NCBI RefSeq assembly: GCF_001194135.2
Contig: NC_068994.1
Location: 48,054,256-48,118,255 of the forward strand
Source: Octopus bimaculoides
Taxonomy: Eukaryota
DNA length: 64,000 nucleotides
Direction: 5' to 3'
The notes beneath the pieces were generated by a model. That model searched no databases and was not told where the DNA came from. It was given only the letters and a program-made list of their open reading frames with translations. Made by a program: the position numbers and the translations under genes. Shown here piece by piece: positions 24,701 to 37,953 of this stretch (within the stretch, counting starts at the first letter, position 1; each line of letters opens with the position of its first letter).

Positions 24701-26595
24701 AATCCCAAAGTAGACAAATAGAGAGCCTAATGTAGCTTTCGGCTTGCCGGCTCCTGTCAAATCATCCAACCCATGCCTGCATGGAAAACAGATGTATGAT
24801 GATGATACACACACACAATAAATGCTCAGTCATCCATACATAAACACAATAATTCATGGATATGCACCAAGAGAGAAAGAGAGGGAAAACAGAGCCCACT
24901 AACTTGTGAGTAGCAGCAGCCCGGTATACTAGCATGATGGACTTCTTCCAAGTGCGGTAAGCTTTTTCATCTTCCGTGTCACTGCTGAGACAGATGAAAC
25001 ATTAGCAATAGAAATGACAAAGCAAACAAACAAATTAAAAATCAAAGAAAAAGAAGAGAAAACATCCCATAACCCATGAAAATGTTGGGTCAACTCTGAA
25101 ATTCTTTTCTTTTCATATTGTGAGTGAAGCACAAGTGTGGTGTGGTCTCATAACTCTTTCTCCCACAAAATATTGCGTTAAGATTGCAGGTTATTGTAAG
25201 ATTCTTCTCATCACTGTAGTTTTAATGAAATAAAGTGCCTACATGCTTCAATTAATTTTAAAAATGAATAATTTTGTATCATCAGAACTAGAGATGGTCT
25301 CAGACAGGCTTTTTATATCAAAATAGTTCACTGTAAAGTTTCAATACTCGAAAACTTTTATTAGCATATTTCTAATGAAAATACACTGCCTATTCGTTTT
25401 TAAAATATTTCGAAAACTAATCAATACAGTAGAATTAACTATTTTATTAATTGATATATTAAAAGCTGATGTAAGCTGAGGTTGAATTTAGACATAAACA
25501 CTAACATGAGATGCTTATTATTGTAAAAACAAGGGTGGTTTCAAGTGAATTAGTATTGAAATGGTGAAGTACAGTGAAATTAACCACACAAATCAGAGAT
25601 TGGGTTGGCCAAGTGGTTACCACCTTTCTGACTGTGGTGCTTTCACAAAGGATAGCAGAGTGAGTGGCAAAGAAATTATACTAAATTAAATCTAGAGCAG
25701 TGATAAGAATTTGGATCGTTTTTGATTCTCCATTTTCTCTTTGCTTTTAATTTGAAATTTTGAAATTGATGAAACTCCACAAATTGAAGTTCAAATAAAA
25801 ACTGGAATTGAAAGGAAAAAATTTCTTTTTAATAACAAAAATATGAAATTATAATTAAAACTCAGAAAACAAATAGAATTGATAAATGCAATGAAACTGA
25901 GAAATAAAAATGAGAAAAATTGATAAATGGAATAAAACTGACATTAAATTTGAATTAAAAAAAAAAAAAGTTTCAGGTTTTCTTTTCTTAGTCTAAGTTT
26001 TGATTATAAAAGCATTTTAATTTTATACAAATTTGGAAAACTAGAAAACCCTTGTTCCTCCCTATTCCAAAAGTAAATGGAACATCCTTTGCCATTGCTT
26101 AGGAAACCAAGGTTACTGTTGTGGATAGATTTGGAGAAGCCTATCACTGAGACTAGTGATGATTCAACTGCTCAAGAGGCCATATTCTAGTGACCATCAA
26201 TATTGTTGTTTCATCCACAGGTACCACCTTAACCACTTCACTCAATCCTCTTGTTTGGAGAACATCAATCCTCTGAAATTCCCTACTGACTTGTATTTTC
26301 ATCTGCAGTTACATAAAGTGAACATCAACTATGTCAATACCATAAATCTCAAATGAAGACTGAACATATCAAGGGTACTGCTCCACCTCTTCTAATTTAA
26401 TCATTAAAAAAAAAAAAAAAGTATACAAAGGCACAGGAGTGACTGTGTGGTAAGTAGCTTGCTTACCAACCACATGGTTTCGGGTTCAGTCCCACTGCGT
26501 GGCACCTTGGGCACAGTGTCTTCTGCTATAGCCTCGGGCCGACCAAAGCCTTGTGAGTGGATTTGGTAGATGGAAACTGAAAGAAGCCCGTCGTA

Positions 26596-26626
<31 letters not shown>

Positions 26627-28382
26627 GTATGTGTGTTTGCGTGTCTGTGTTTGTCCCCCCACCATTGCTTGACAACCGATGCTGGTGTGTTTACGTCCCC
26701 GTAACTTAGCGGTTCGGCAAAAGAAACCGATAGAATAAGTACTAGGCTTCCAAAGAATAAGTCCTGGGGGTCGATTTGCTTGACTAAAGGCGGTGCTCCA
26801 GCATGGCCGCAGTCAAATGACTGAAACAAGTAAAAGAGAGAGAGAGAGAGTAAAGTGCAAAAATAATACACTAAAAACAGAAGATGGTAAAAAAGAGAAT
26901 GGACTTACTAATGTGACAAAGAGGCAGGACTGTTTGGAATGGAATCAGATAGGGCGCCTGACAATGTGGATCTTGCAAGCAGTATGGCATTAGTTGGATC
27001 ATCACTTTCTCTGGCTGAATCGTCTTCAGTCAGCTCTGCCTCACTGTGTTTAGAACTGTTGCCATCTTCTTTCTTCTCATCTTCCTTTAAAAGATAAACA
27101 ATATGGATATGTTTCTTTGTTGTTCTTTTTTTTTTTCTTCTAGCTTTTGTTTCCCCATCTGGTAAGAGCTGAACCTTTGTTCAGCCTCTGTAAAACAATC
27201 CTGACTCAAAGACACTATCAGCATGAAAAGCAACAGCCAAGTAAGCATTATCATATTAAATTAAGCAGACATTTAGAAAGTTAATTAGAAATAACCCATG
27301 CTAGCATGGAAAGCGGATGTTAAATGACGACGATGATGATGATGAATTATGTGGTGAAGAAAAGACAATGTCGGTCAATGACTAACAATTTAATTATTCT
27401 AGCAAGTATGGGAGAAAACTCATTTATGTCTTAGATCACTTCACATAAGTTTAGACCTTTCTGTATTTGCCCAAATAGGGATGAGGGAATGGTTAAAGAA
27501 ATGTTTGTAATATAGTACACGTGTTGTAGAAAATTAGAATATTTTAAAGAATAAATTATAGGAACACCATCCATATAAAAATACAACAGTTAAGTGAGTG
27601 TTGGCATATTTTAATGGAGGGAGCATTAAAAAGCTAATTAGAAATAATGAAGTGAGAAAAAGATAAGTAATTACAACAAAAGCTTCAAGTTCAGATTCTC
27701 AACAGCTTCATCTTTTTGTGTATATGTCTCTGTTACACTAAGTTTTAAGTTGGGAAACTCAACTGAGTCTAGGAAAGATAATTACATAAAAAGGTGTGGG
27801 GTAGTTGTGAAGATGGCCTGAAGAATTCAAGTTAAACTTTTTTTTAGAATTAGAATACTATGACTTCAATCCATAACCTTTGGATTTGGGAAAGCCATAA
27901 AACTTAACCACCCAAACATAGTTGTATGGCCTTACTCACTTCCCACATCTCAAGCTAGTTCTGCTATTTGGCCTGCCCTCACCCTACATTCAGGCAGGTC
28001 CTATGGCTATATTCCCAACCAATTTCAAACCAGTCCTATAACTGCACACACTACATGTATCAGACCAGTCCTACAACTTCGACCCCACTGGCTCATAAGC
28101 AGTAGCACAGCTGGGATGGAGGTGGGATATCTGGGTCTACTGTATAAATTTATAAGGGTGGGGGCAGAAGGCAGCAAACTTAAGGACCACCCTGGGTAGC
28201 ACACACTCTAGCTATGCCACTGTTCTTAAGCCAGTTCTAGGACTTCATTCCCTTCCCTTAGAACTTTGCTCTGCTTTTGCCCAGGGTCTCAAGTCAGTAG
28301 TTAGGTCTTTTCTTTCAGATTTCAGATTAGTCTTACAATTTCATACTCAAGTTTGAACCAGCCCTATGACACTTAGCAGAGA

Positions 28383-28422
<40 letters not shown>

Positions 28423-31400
28423 TCGANNNNNNNNNNNNNNNNNNNNNNNNNNNNNNNNNNNNNNNNNNNNNNNNNNNNNNNNNNNNNNNNNNNNNNNNNN
28501 NNNNNNNNNNNNNNNNNNNNNNNNNNNNNNNNNNNNNNNNNNNNNNNNNNNNNNNNNNNNNNNNNNNNNNNNNNNNNNNNNNNNNNNNNNNNNNNNNNNN
28601 NNNNNNNNNNNNNNNNNNNNNNNNNNNNNNNNNNNNNNNNNNNNNNNNNNNNNNNNNNNNNNNNNNNNNNNNNNNNNNNNNNNNNNNNNNNNNNNNNNNN
28701 NNNNNNNNNNNNNNNNNNNNNNNNNNNNNNNNNNNNNNNNNNNNNNNNNNNNNNNNNNNNNNNNNNNNNNNNNNNNNNNNNNNNNNNNNNNNNNNNNNNN
28801 NNNNNNNNNNNNNNNNNNNNNNNNNNNNNNNNNNNNNNNNNNNNNNNNTATATAAACAAATAAATACAAATATAACTCACAATTATTTGCCTCTTGACAT
28901 TTCGTCTGTTTATTCCTCCCTTTTTTCTACCTGAAAATATATTAAGAAAAATTAGTGTTAAAAAAACACTGGAAAATACAATTTTTCAGTCTACTGAGGT
29001 TAATAAGCTAAAAAATCACAATAATTTTCTTCAGCATTGTTGTCATTAACAACAACACCACCACCACCTCCATTTTAACACCCATTTTTCCTTGCTTGTA
29101 TGGGTCAGACAGAACTCACTGAAGCAAATTATCTACAGCTGGATAATCTTCCTATTGCCAACTGTTATTTGTCTCCAAGCAAGGCAATATTTCACCTAGG
29201 CCAGACTTATTTTCTCAAAACATTGCAAACAAAGGATACAGTATCCATCGGATAATTTGGAATTTTATACAAATTAGACTGGCCATTTCAGTTAAGTCCT
29301 GGTTTGTGTTAAGAACAAATTCAAACTTTTTCTGGCCACAGAAAGATATCTTTCATCTTTTACTTGCTTCAATCATTAGACTGTGGCCATGCTGGGCACT
29401 GCCTTGAAGAATTTTAGTCAAATAAATTGACTCCAGTATTTGTTATTTTTTGGTAAAGCCAGGTACTATTCTGAGTCTTTTTAGCCAAACCAGTTGTTAA
29501 GTGGTGGTGGGGGACAAAGACATACCCAAGACCATATAGTTAGGAAGCCAGTTTTTTAACCACACAGCCAAGACATAAAGGTCAAACACAACAAAAAATA
29601 AAAATAAAATAAGAATTTTTTAAAATATGAAGAACTGACCTCTTCCACGACCCCTTGGGCGGCCAGCACTCGAGGTAGGTTCACTCAATTTGGAAGAAAC
29701 ACTACTGGAGGGGGAAGGTGGTTCATCTTTCATAGATATGGAGATTTCCTCGTCGACACTGATGAACTTGGAGTTGATGGCAGGTGAATCGACACCTTCT
29801 GTTTCAGTAATAGGTTGATCATCACTGCTGTCTTTGCTGGTTTCCTGGAGAAAAGAACATTAGACATGTCAAGACAAAAACGACAAAGTTGCTATAGCAC
29901 CAGAACAGGGGCCCTCTAATCCTCACCTCTTACTTCCCTACACAGTATTTGTTAACAGCTATTTAGACTTAACTACTCGCTACATGGTATCTGTTAACAG
30001 CCATTAAATCTCTACTGCTCACTAAATGGTATCTTTTAACAGCTAGGTGGACTCATTCACTTATGGCATAGAACTTCACTCAGTCAAATGTACTGGACTA
30101 TTCCCTGCACAGTGTCCGTTAACAGCTAGGTGAAGCAAATTATCAACAATTAAGTGCCTCAAATCTAGACAACGCTAATATACCCAGATCCATGATACTT
30201 AACCCTTTAGCATTTGGATTATTTATTCTAATGTAATACTTATTTATTTACGTTGCTTTGATTTCATTATCCATTGTCTTGTAACTTCAGGATTTCGATG
30301 ATGTGACTGTGTATTATTGTAGGGTAGGTGTGAGAGGCTAGATCTAGCCAGTTTGTACATAAAACAAGCATTAGTGTAGCTGGAGGGGGACAGAGGAGTC
30401 AGTCCATCCCAGGAGGCACCACTTTTGGGTCTGCTGTAGGCAATAAGTAAATTTTTGTGGGGGCCCCGGGGGCAGCAAACTGAAGGGTTGCCCAGGGCAG
30501 CACACACTCTAGCTACGCTAGTGCGGATATGGCTGGTTTAAATGCTAAAGGGTTAACTCTGTGAAAAGATACATGCAAATTAACATTTCAACTAATAGTC
30601 CAACACACTATCTCCTCCTAATATGTGAAAATAATTTTGCTGTGAGCAAAAGTCTCTCTTACATCCATCTTAAGCTGAGTTTGAGTCGTCAATGTTGAAG
30701 TTGGGGTTTCTGATTTATGCAGCGACTCCAAGGACACAGTTTCGGCAAATGTTGTGGCGGCTCCGTGAGTGTCTTCTCCTTCTGTCTTTGGTGACAAAGC
30801 CGGAACCTGTTGCGTTTCCTCCTCATCTAGGTCAACATTCGTTGCAGTGTGTAACGTCACCTTTGGTTTAACATCCTCAACAGTCACAGGTTCTTTAGCT
30901 TGTGAATCTAGCGATGACGTGTCCTCATCTTGGATGTTTGGAACTGGGATCTTCTCTTCAATAGTTTCTAAAAGTAAAATAATTAAATAAAATAGATTTT
31001 AAAAACTGAAACAGAAAACTCGTTTGCACCTTAAAGGTCCACTCTTACACCTTGTCATCAAACTCCAGTTCCTCACCAACCCTTTCTTCTAAAATGTGAG
31101 TATTCATATAGCTCCTCTTCAGCAAGAAACCTGTTCTGCTTTGACCCTTTTTCCTGCTCATACTTAACCCCTCTCTACTTCTTACTCTCCAAATGTAGAG
31201 TTCTCCATCCCCACTAGACGTCTGTAGTCTTGCAAGCTGCATTGCTATCTCACTAGCACTGGTAGCATGAAAGAAGCACCCAGAGTACGCAGAAAAGTGG
31301 TTGGTGTTAAAAAGGGCATCCAGCCATAGAAACCATGCTAAACAGATGCTGGAGCACAATGCAGTCCTTGGTTCCACTGTATTCTGTCAGATCATCCAAC

Positions 31401-34400
31401 CAATGCCAGCATGAAACATGGGACATTAAATGATGATGTTTTATCCTAGAAGAATTATTAGTCATGTCTGGTACTTATTCTATAGTTCTCATTTGTTGCA
31501 GAGCTGCTAAGTTATGGGGATAAACAAACCAACACTTGTTGTCAAGTGGTGTGTGTGTGTGTGTGTATGCGAGAAACACACAAACACACAGAGAAAAATA
31601 TGAAATGCATCACGAATTTGTGTCACCCTTGGACAAGGGCTATGCTAATCTCTGTATCATTGCAAATTCGTAAAGCATTCCATATTTTTATATATACATG
31701 ATGGGCTTCCACACAGTTTCCAACAACCAAATTCACTTACCAAGCACAGGTTGGCCCAGGACTGCAACAGAAGGAACTTCGCCCAAGGTGCTGCACAATG
31801 AGACTGAACACGAAACTATGTGGTTGCAAAGCGAGCTTCTTAACCACATAATCATTGCCCAGAAAATGTCATCATGCTTGGAAAAAAGATGGAAAGCCTT
31901 TGATCACATGTCTGCTCTGGGTGTAAGTTGCTTACCAAAATGGTTATCATAAGTTCCAACCTTACTACTACTACTACTACTACTACAACAGGTAGTGCAT
32001 TGCATCAAGGGTTCCCAAGCACATAGCTTTTTCTGTCTGGTTCACAAATAGCATCTTTCCCTTACATGACAATTCAGTGGTTAGCAGTATGGGAATAATG
32101 CAAATATCCAGCAGTTATAAAAGAAAACTTATCAAAACAATACAACAAAATACAAAATACCAACCCCACCAATTCCTTTTATCTTTTACCTGCAGGGTTT
32201 TAGTTGAACAAACTGACCCTCATATTTATTCTATCAGCTTCTTTTAGTGAACTGCTAAGACATGGAGATATAAACAAACACTAGTTGTTAAGTGGTGATG
32301 GTGGTGGTGGGGGGACAGACACAAACACACACACACACAGATACAACGGGCTTCCGCACAGGTCCCATCTACTGAATATACTCACAAGGCATAGGTCAGC
32401 CTAGGGCTATAGTAGAAGGTAGTTGCCCCAGGTGTCATGCGGTGGGACTGAACCTGGAACTACATGGTTGCAAAAAAGTAAGATTCTTAACCATACAGCC
32501 ATGCCTGCACCAATAGAACAAACAAAACATAACACAAGAGCAATGACACTCAGCCCCTTTTTTTGTCCATTCATGCTGCGTAACAAGAAGTTTGCCGTTA
32601 CCTTGCGTCACCGATTGAGGGTCAGTAGCCTGAGTAGTTGTACTTTCAATGGATTCTTCTTTCACAGCTAGCGGATCCTCAATTTCAACTTCCTTTTTTT
32701 CTAAACTTTGGCTGACTGCCAGGCCCGGAGAAGTATCCAGGCCCAGAGAATGTATTTTGGTTTGGTTAGGTGTGCCAAGTAGCTTTGATAATGTAGGAGC
32801 AGCTGGTTTCAACAAAAGAAATAGAATAATAACAATAACAACAACAACAGTACTGATAATTTCTAACTCAGGGACAAGGTCATGCACTTTGAGGAAAAGT
32901 GCAAATGATTACTTGTTCAGTACTTTACTTTAAATGATAAACACAAATAAATGTAGAGCAGTATATTACTTCCTGGAAGGGTCTCCATGCTGGACAGGCT
33001 CAAGGATAAAAGCCAGGCCAATTGGAGGAAATGTCAAGTGACCAAGAATTTTGGCGATTTGCTGTGCTTGAGAAGACATGCTAAGCTAAGTGAATCGTGG
33101 TCATTGCCAGTGCTGTCGACACATAAGAAACATCTGTACTGGTGATGCGTAGAGGCTCCATTCTTACCTTATTGCCAAAAAAAAAAAAAAAAAAAAAAAA
33201 GAGGTGAGGGCAGTATGGCAAAGGTTGGAATGCCTGTAATCCCAAGTTTGTTTGTTCAAACCTAACATAAGATTAAACTTAGTCATATGTACATAGTCTG
33301 CTACAAATGTGTTTGAATTAAACCCCCACATCACCAAAAGAACTTATTTGCCTCCTAGACATACTTTGTTAATAATTTTCGTCTTAATTTAAAATCTCTC
33401 TACAGCAAGGCTGTGTTAAGAATTTGCTTTCCAACCACATGGTTTCAGGTTCAGCCCTACTTTGTGGCACCTTGGGCAAGTGTCTTCTACTATAGCCACA
33501 GGCTGACCAAAACCTTGTAAATGGATTTGGTAGATGGAAACTGAAAGAAGTCTTATACATATATATATGTATGTGTGTATGTATGTATGTATCTATGTCT
33601 GCATGTCTTTGCATCTGTGTCTATTCCCCCATCACTGACAACCAACGTTGGTGTGTTTAAATCCCAGTAACCTAGTGGTTTGGCAAATGATATCAATAGA
33701 ATAAGTACAAGGCTTTAAAAAATAAGTCCTGGGGTCAATTCAATTGACTAAAAAGCCTTCGAGGCAGTGTCCTAGTATGGCTGCAGTCGAATGACTGAAA
33801 CAAGTAACATATAGAAGACACAGCTTAACTTACCAAGTACTGACATTGTTTAATTCAGAGCAAATCAATTTATTTTATATATCATTTTGTGAATAATAGT
33901 GCCACTAGCTACAGGTTTCCAAAGGGACAATCATTTGTTTCTGACATTTATGAAGGAGGAAATGGCAAAGGAGTGAGTGAGTGAGTGCATGCATAACCTG
34001 GGTGGAAAAGATGCCACAAGGTATTTTAGTTCCAAAGAATACTGGTTTACAAATTTTCTTGGTGATGTTTTACATCTTTTGCTAATATTCATCAGTAANN
34101 NNNNNNNNNNNNNNNNNNNNNNNNNNNNNNNNNNNNNNNNNNNNNNNNNNNNNNNNNNNNNNNNNNNNNNNNNNNNNNNNNNNNNNNNNNNNNNNNNNNN
34201 NNNNNNNNNNNNNNNNNNNNNNNNNNNNNNNNNNNNNNNNNNNNNNNNNNNNNNNNNNNNNNNNNNNNNNNNNNNNNNNNNNNNNNNNNNNNNNNNNNNN
34301 NNNNNNNNNNNNNNNNNNNNNNNNNNNNNNNNNNNNNNNNNNNNNNNNNNNNNNNNNNNNNNNNNNNNNNNNNNNNNNNNNNNNNNNNNNNNNNNNNNNN

Positions 34401-34450
34401 NNNNNNNNNNNNNNNNNNNNNNNNNNNNNNNNNNNNNNNNNNNNNNNNNN

Positions 34451-34497
<47 letters not shown>

Positions 34498-37400
34498 TCA
34501 ATAAATGGCAGGCTACTATAGTCTCTGTTCATCAAATTTCACTCACAAGGCACTGTTCAATCTAAGGCTCTGATGGGAGGCATTTGTCTGATGTGCATGT
34601 AGTAGGATTGAACTCGGAATCGTGTGGTTTTGAAATGAACTGTTTTACCACGGAGCCATGCCTGCATCCAGATATGTGATATATCAAATAGCTTCATATC
34701 AAAATCATTTTTGACAACATCAGTGCAAATAATGAGAAACTGAAATTTAAAGGAAGAGCAGACACGTGCAAGAGAAAAGGGGGATGGGTGGGAAGGGAGG
34801 AATTCTATTTGCTAAAGATATAAAGATCTTAAATAATTTAATTATAGCTAAATGAAGAATAGAACAAAAATAAAGACAGCCTTTCTTGCTTCTTACAAAG
34901 GAATTTATGTCATTTATAAAAGCTGTAAATCTGAAGGTGAAACTTACAGGTAGAGGGGGACGTATTATCAACAGAGACCCTGTTCATTACTGTAGGCAGG
35001 TCACCTGAGAGTGCACCAAGAACTGTGGGAGTGGCTGAAGATAGGACTTTTGAAGCTGCCAGAACAGTCATTGGTGGCAGTTGTTGTGTAGAAGTGACAG
35101 TGCTGGCAGTGGAAGAGAGAGTTGATAGTTGAGATGTGCTGAGGGTTGCAATAGCTGGCAGTGGAGTGGTGACAGGTGAACTGTGGTTACTGCTTGAGGA
35201 GACTGGCTTACTGGAAATGGATACGTTCAGGCTCGATGAGCTGGTTGTCACATTAACTGGTAATTCCACTGCGGTCAGCGCTGATGAAGTGGAAAGTGGC
35301 AATTGAAGAGAATGTGTGACTGGAACTTGCAAATGTTGAAGTGCCTGGAAAGCAGAGTGTTCCTGTTCAGCTTCCTAAAAGAGAATTGTCAATATTGTTA
35401 TTACATGTGGTGGTGGTGTTCTGTCAATATTCATAAAAATAAAAAAATATAAAGCTGTGATATATATGGGTATGGCTGTATAAATAAACATTATCTGATG
35501 TACAATAACACCACACAGGTGCTTTTATGTGGCACCACACAGGTGCTTTACATGGAACTGTCACAAGTATGGAGGAGGGGATAAGTTAATTACATCGACC
35601 CCAGTGCTCAAAAAGATGAAAAGCAAAGTTGACCTCAGCGGAATTTGAACTCAGAACATAAACACAGACAAAATGCTGCTAAGCATTTTCCCCGGCATGC
35701 TAACGATTCTGCCAGCTCGAGACCTTACACCAGCTTAATAACAACAAAGTTATTTTATTAAATTCTTGATTATTTTCAGTTAATTACAACACAGGCGGTG
35801 TATGTCAACAGCAATATGGTTGCAAAAAAGGGTTCCAAAACAGGAAAAGGACAAACCTTCTTCAGTTGCTGGAGGCTGTCAGCACTTTTTAATTTACTCT
35901 GTAATAAGGAAGAGAGCAGTGGAGACGACGGTGGGGTCGGTTTGGTTTTCTGTTGCTGTTGCTGCTGTAGTTGCTGCTGCTGCTGCTGTTGTTGTTGTTG
36001 TTGTTGCTGTTGCTGTTGTGGTGGAGGAGGAGGTGGTTGTGGTGGTAGCTGTTGCAACTGTTGTTGTAGTTGTACAGATTGCTGCTGCTGTTGCTGTTGT
36101 TGCTGTGGAGGTTGTGTTTGTTGTTGTTGCTGTTGCTGTGCGTGTTGCTGCTGCTGCTGTTGTTGTTGCTGCTGTTGCTGTGACAGTTGAGACAAAGTAT
36201 GAAGTTGCTGTTGTTGTGATTGACGCTGCTTCTGTTGTTGCTGCTGCTGCTGCTGTTGCTGTTGCTTTTGTTGTTGTTGCTGTTGTTGTTGTTGTTGTTG
36301 TTGTAGTTGCAGCTGCTGTAACTGTTGCATCTGAATATGTTGTAACTGTTTCAAGTGCAACTGTTGCTGCTGCTGCTGTTGTTGCTGCTGCTGTGATGAT
36401 CCCTGTGACACTACCGGCACAGATGTACCAGCTGCCTGAGTTTGCACCACTTTACTACTACTGCTGCTGCTGCTGCTACTACTACTATTGCTGCTGCTAC
36501 TGCTACTATTAGTAGTAGTAGTATTAACCAACTCAGGCTGCTCGGTCACCTGTGGCGTTATGTGTCTCGGTTCAAAGTCTTCAGCTTCCTGCAGAAAGAA
36601 AATTAGAAAAAAAGAGTAAGATAAAACTTGAAACAATTGACTAAAGATTTTTTAAATCCTAAGTCAGCTCTGATCAAGCAGACTTATAATTAAAGGTTTC
36701 CAAGTTTGACTATTTTGTCTTTTTTACAGACATATCATATCTAAGATTACATTAGATGGTTTGAGAGATTTGGTTGCTATTTCTTGCAGGTTGGACAACA
36801 ACGTAAGGGCTTCTTCACTGGCTTGTCCTGTAATTGTTTCTCAGTTTCTCTGGCGTAGACATTTCTACTTGGATGGGACACCGGTCCATCACAGGATTAC
36901 TCAATTTTATCAGTTGAGTGGACTGGAACAACGTGAAATGAATTGTTTTGCTCAAGAACACGAAACCCATAACCTGGTCCAGGAATCAAATCCACAATCC
37001 TACAATCATGAATCCAACACCCTAACCACTAAGTCATGTGTCTTCACAGTTGACCAAAGAGTGGATTTAAATCATTCATAAGAGAAGACCTCGAATGTTG
37101 AGGCAAGACTAGACAAAACAAAAAACGAGGAAATTTTAATAAGACTATATTTACTGTAATTTTCTCGGCTGTTGAAGTTTCTGTTGTGGGTTCATCATCT
37201 TTATCGTCAAACACATCTGTTGATGATGGTGGTCGGCTACGTTTCGGATTCGGACGTTTTATTTTAAAGGAACCTAAAAAAAGAAATAAAGAAGTGAAAA
37301 ACAATCTCTTAAAAAATGCTGAATTGGTAAATGTTGTAATGAGAACCCATAACTAAATATCTTAAAAAGTTAAAGAAGTGATTTTTAAATTCTCAATCGC

Positions 37401-37915
37401 ACAGGCTATAATTAATAGCATTATCCTGCGATTGAGAATTTAAAAATCACTTCTTTAACTTTCTAAGACATCTCAACGCTTCTAAAAGCAAACTTTGTTT
37501 GTTTGTTTACGTTTGTCGTAATTTGAATTTAAATATCTTAAATTTAATTGTCCAAAAATTTCCAGTGGCATTTGAAGTCAGAATGTAAAGATGGATGAAA
37601 CGCCACTTAGAATTTTGCCCAGCGTGCTAACAATTCTGTCAGCTCACCTCATTACTATCATCATTTAACATCTGTTTTGCATGCTGGCAAGGCTAGGGCC
37701 CACACCAGGTACCATTGTCTTTTTTGGCTCTTCCTAAAGCCAACCACTTTACAGAGTGTACTGGGTGCTATTATACATGGCACAATCAGAAGTGTCTTTT
37801 ATGTGATGCCATCAGCAGTGCTTTTTGTGGCACCATCAGCACCAGCACCAATGCTTTTCACATAGCACCTTGCTTTTAATAATAATAATAATGGTGGTGG
37901 TGGTGATGATGATGA

Positions 37916-37953
<38 letters not shown>

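Noticed and set aside
31047-31088. Mini-exon EERVGEELEFDDKV resembling human BRD8 GEELDF..EDKV
   Set aside because: Available donors give phase 0 or 2, incompatible with phase-1 exon 12, and read-through hits a stop; probably coincidence
35798-36512. Plus-strand poly-Cys and poly-Val/Ala ORFs
   Set aside because: Antisense shadows of the BRD8 CAG/CAA repeat exon; no independent splice or start support
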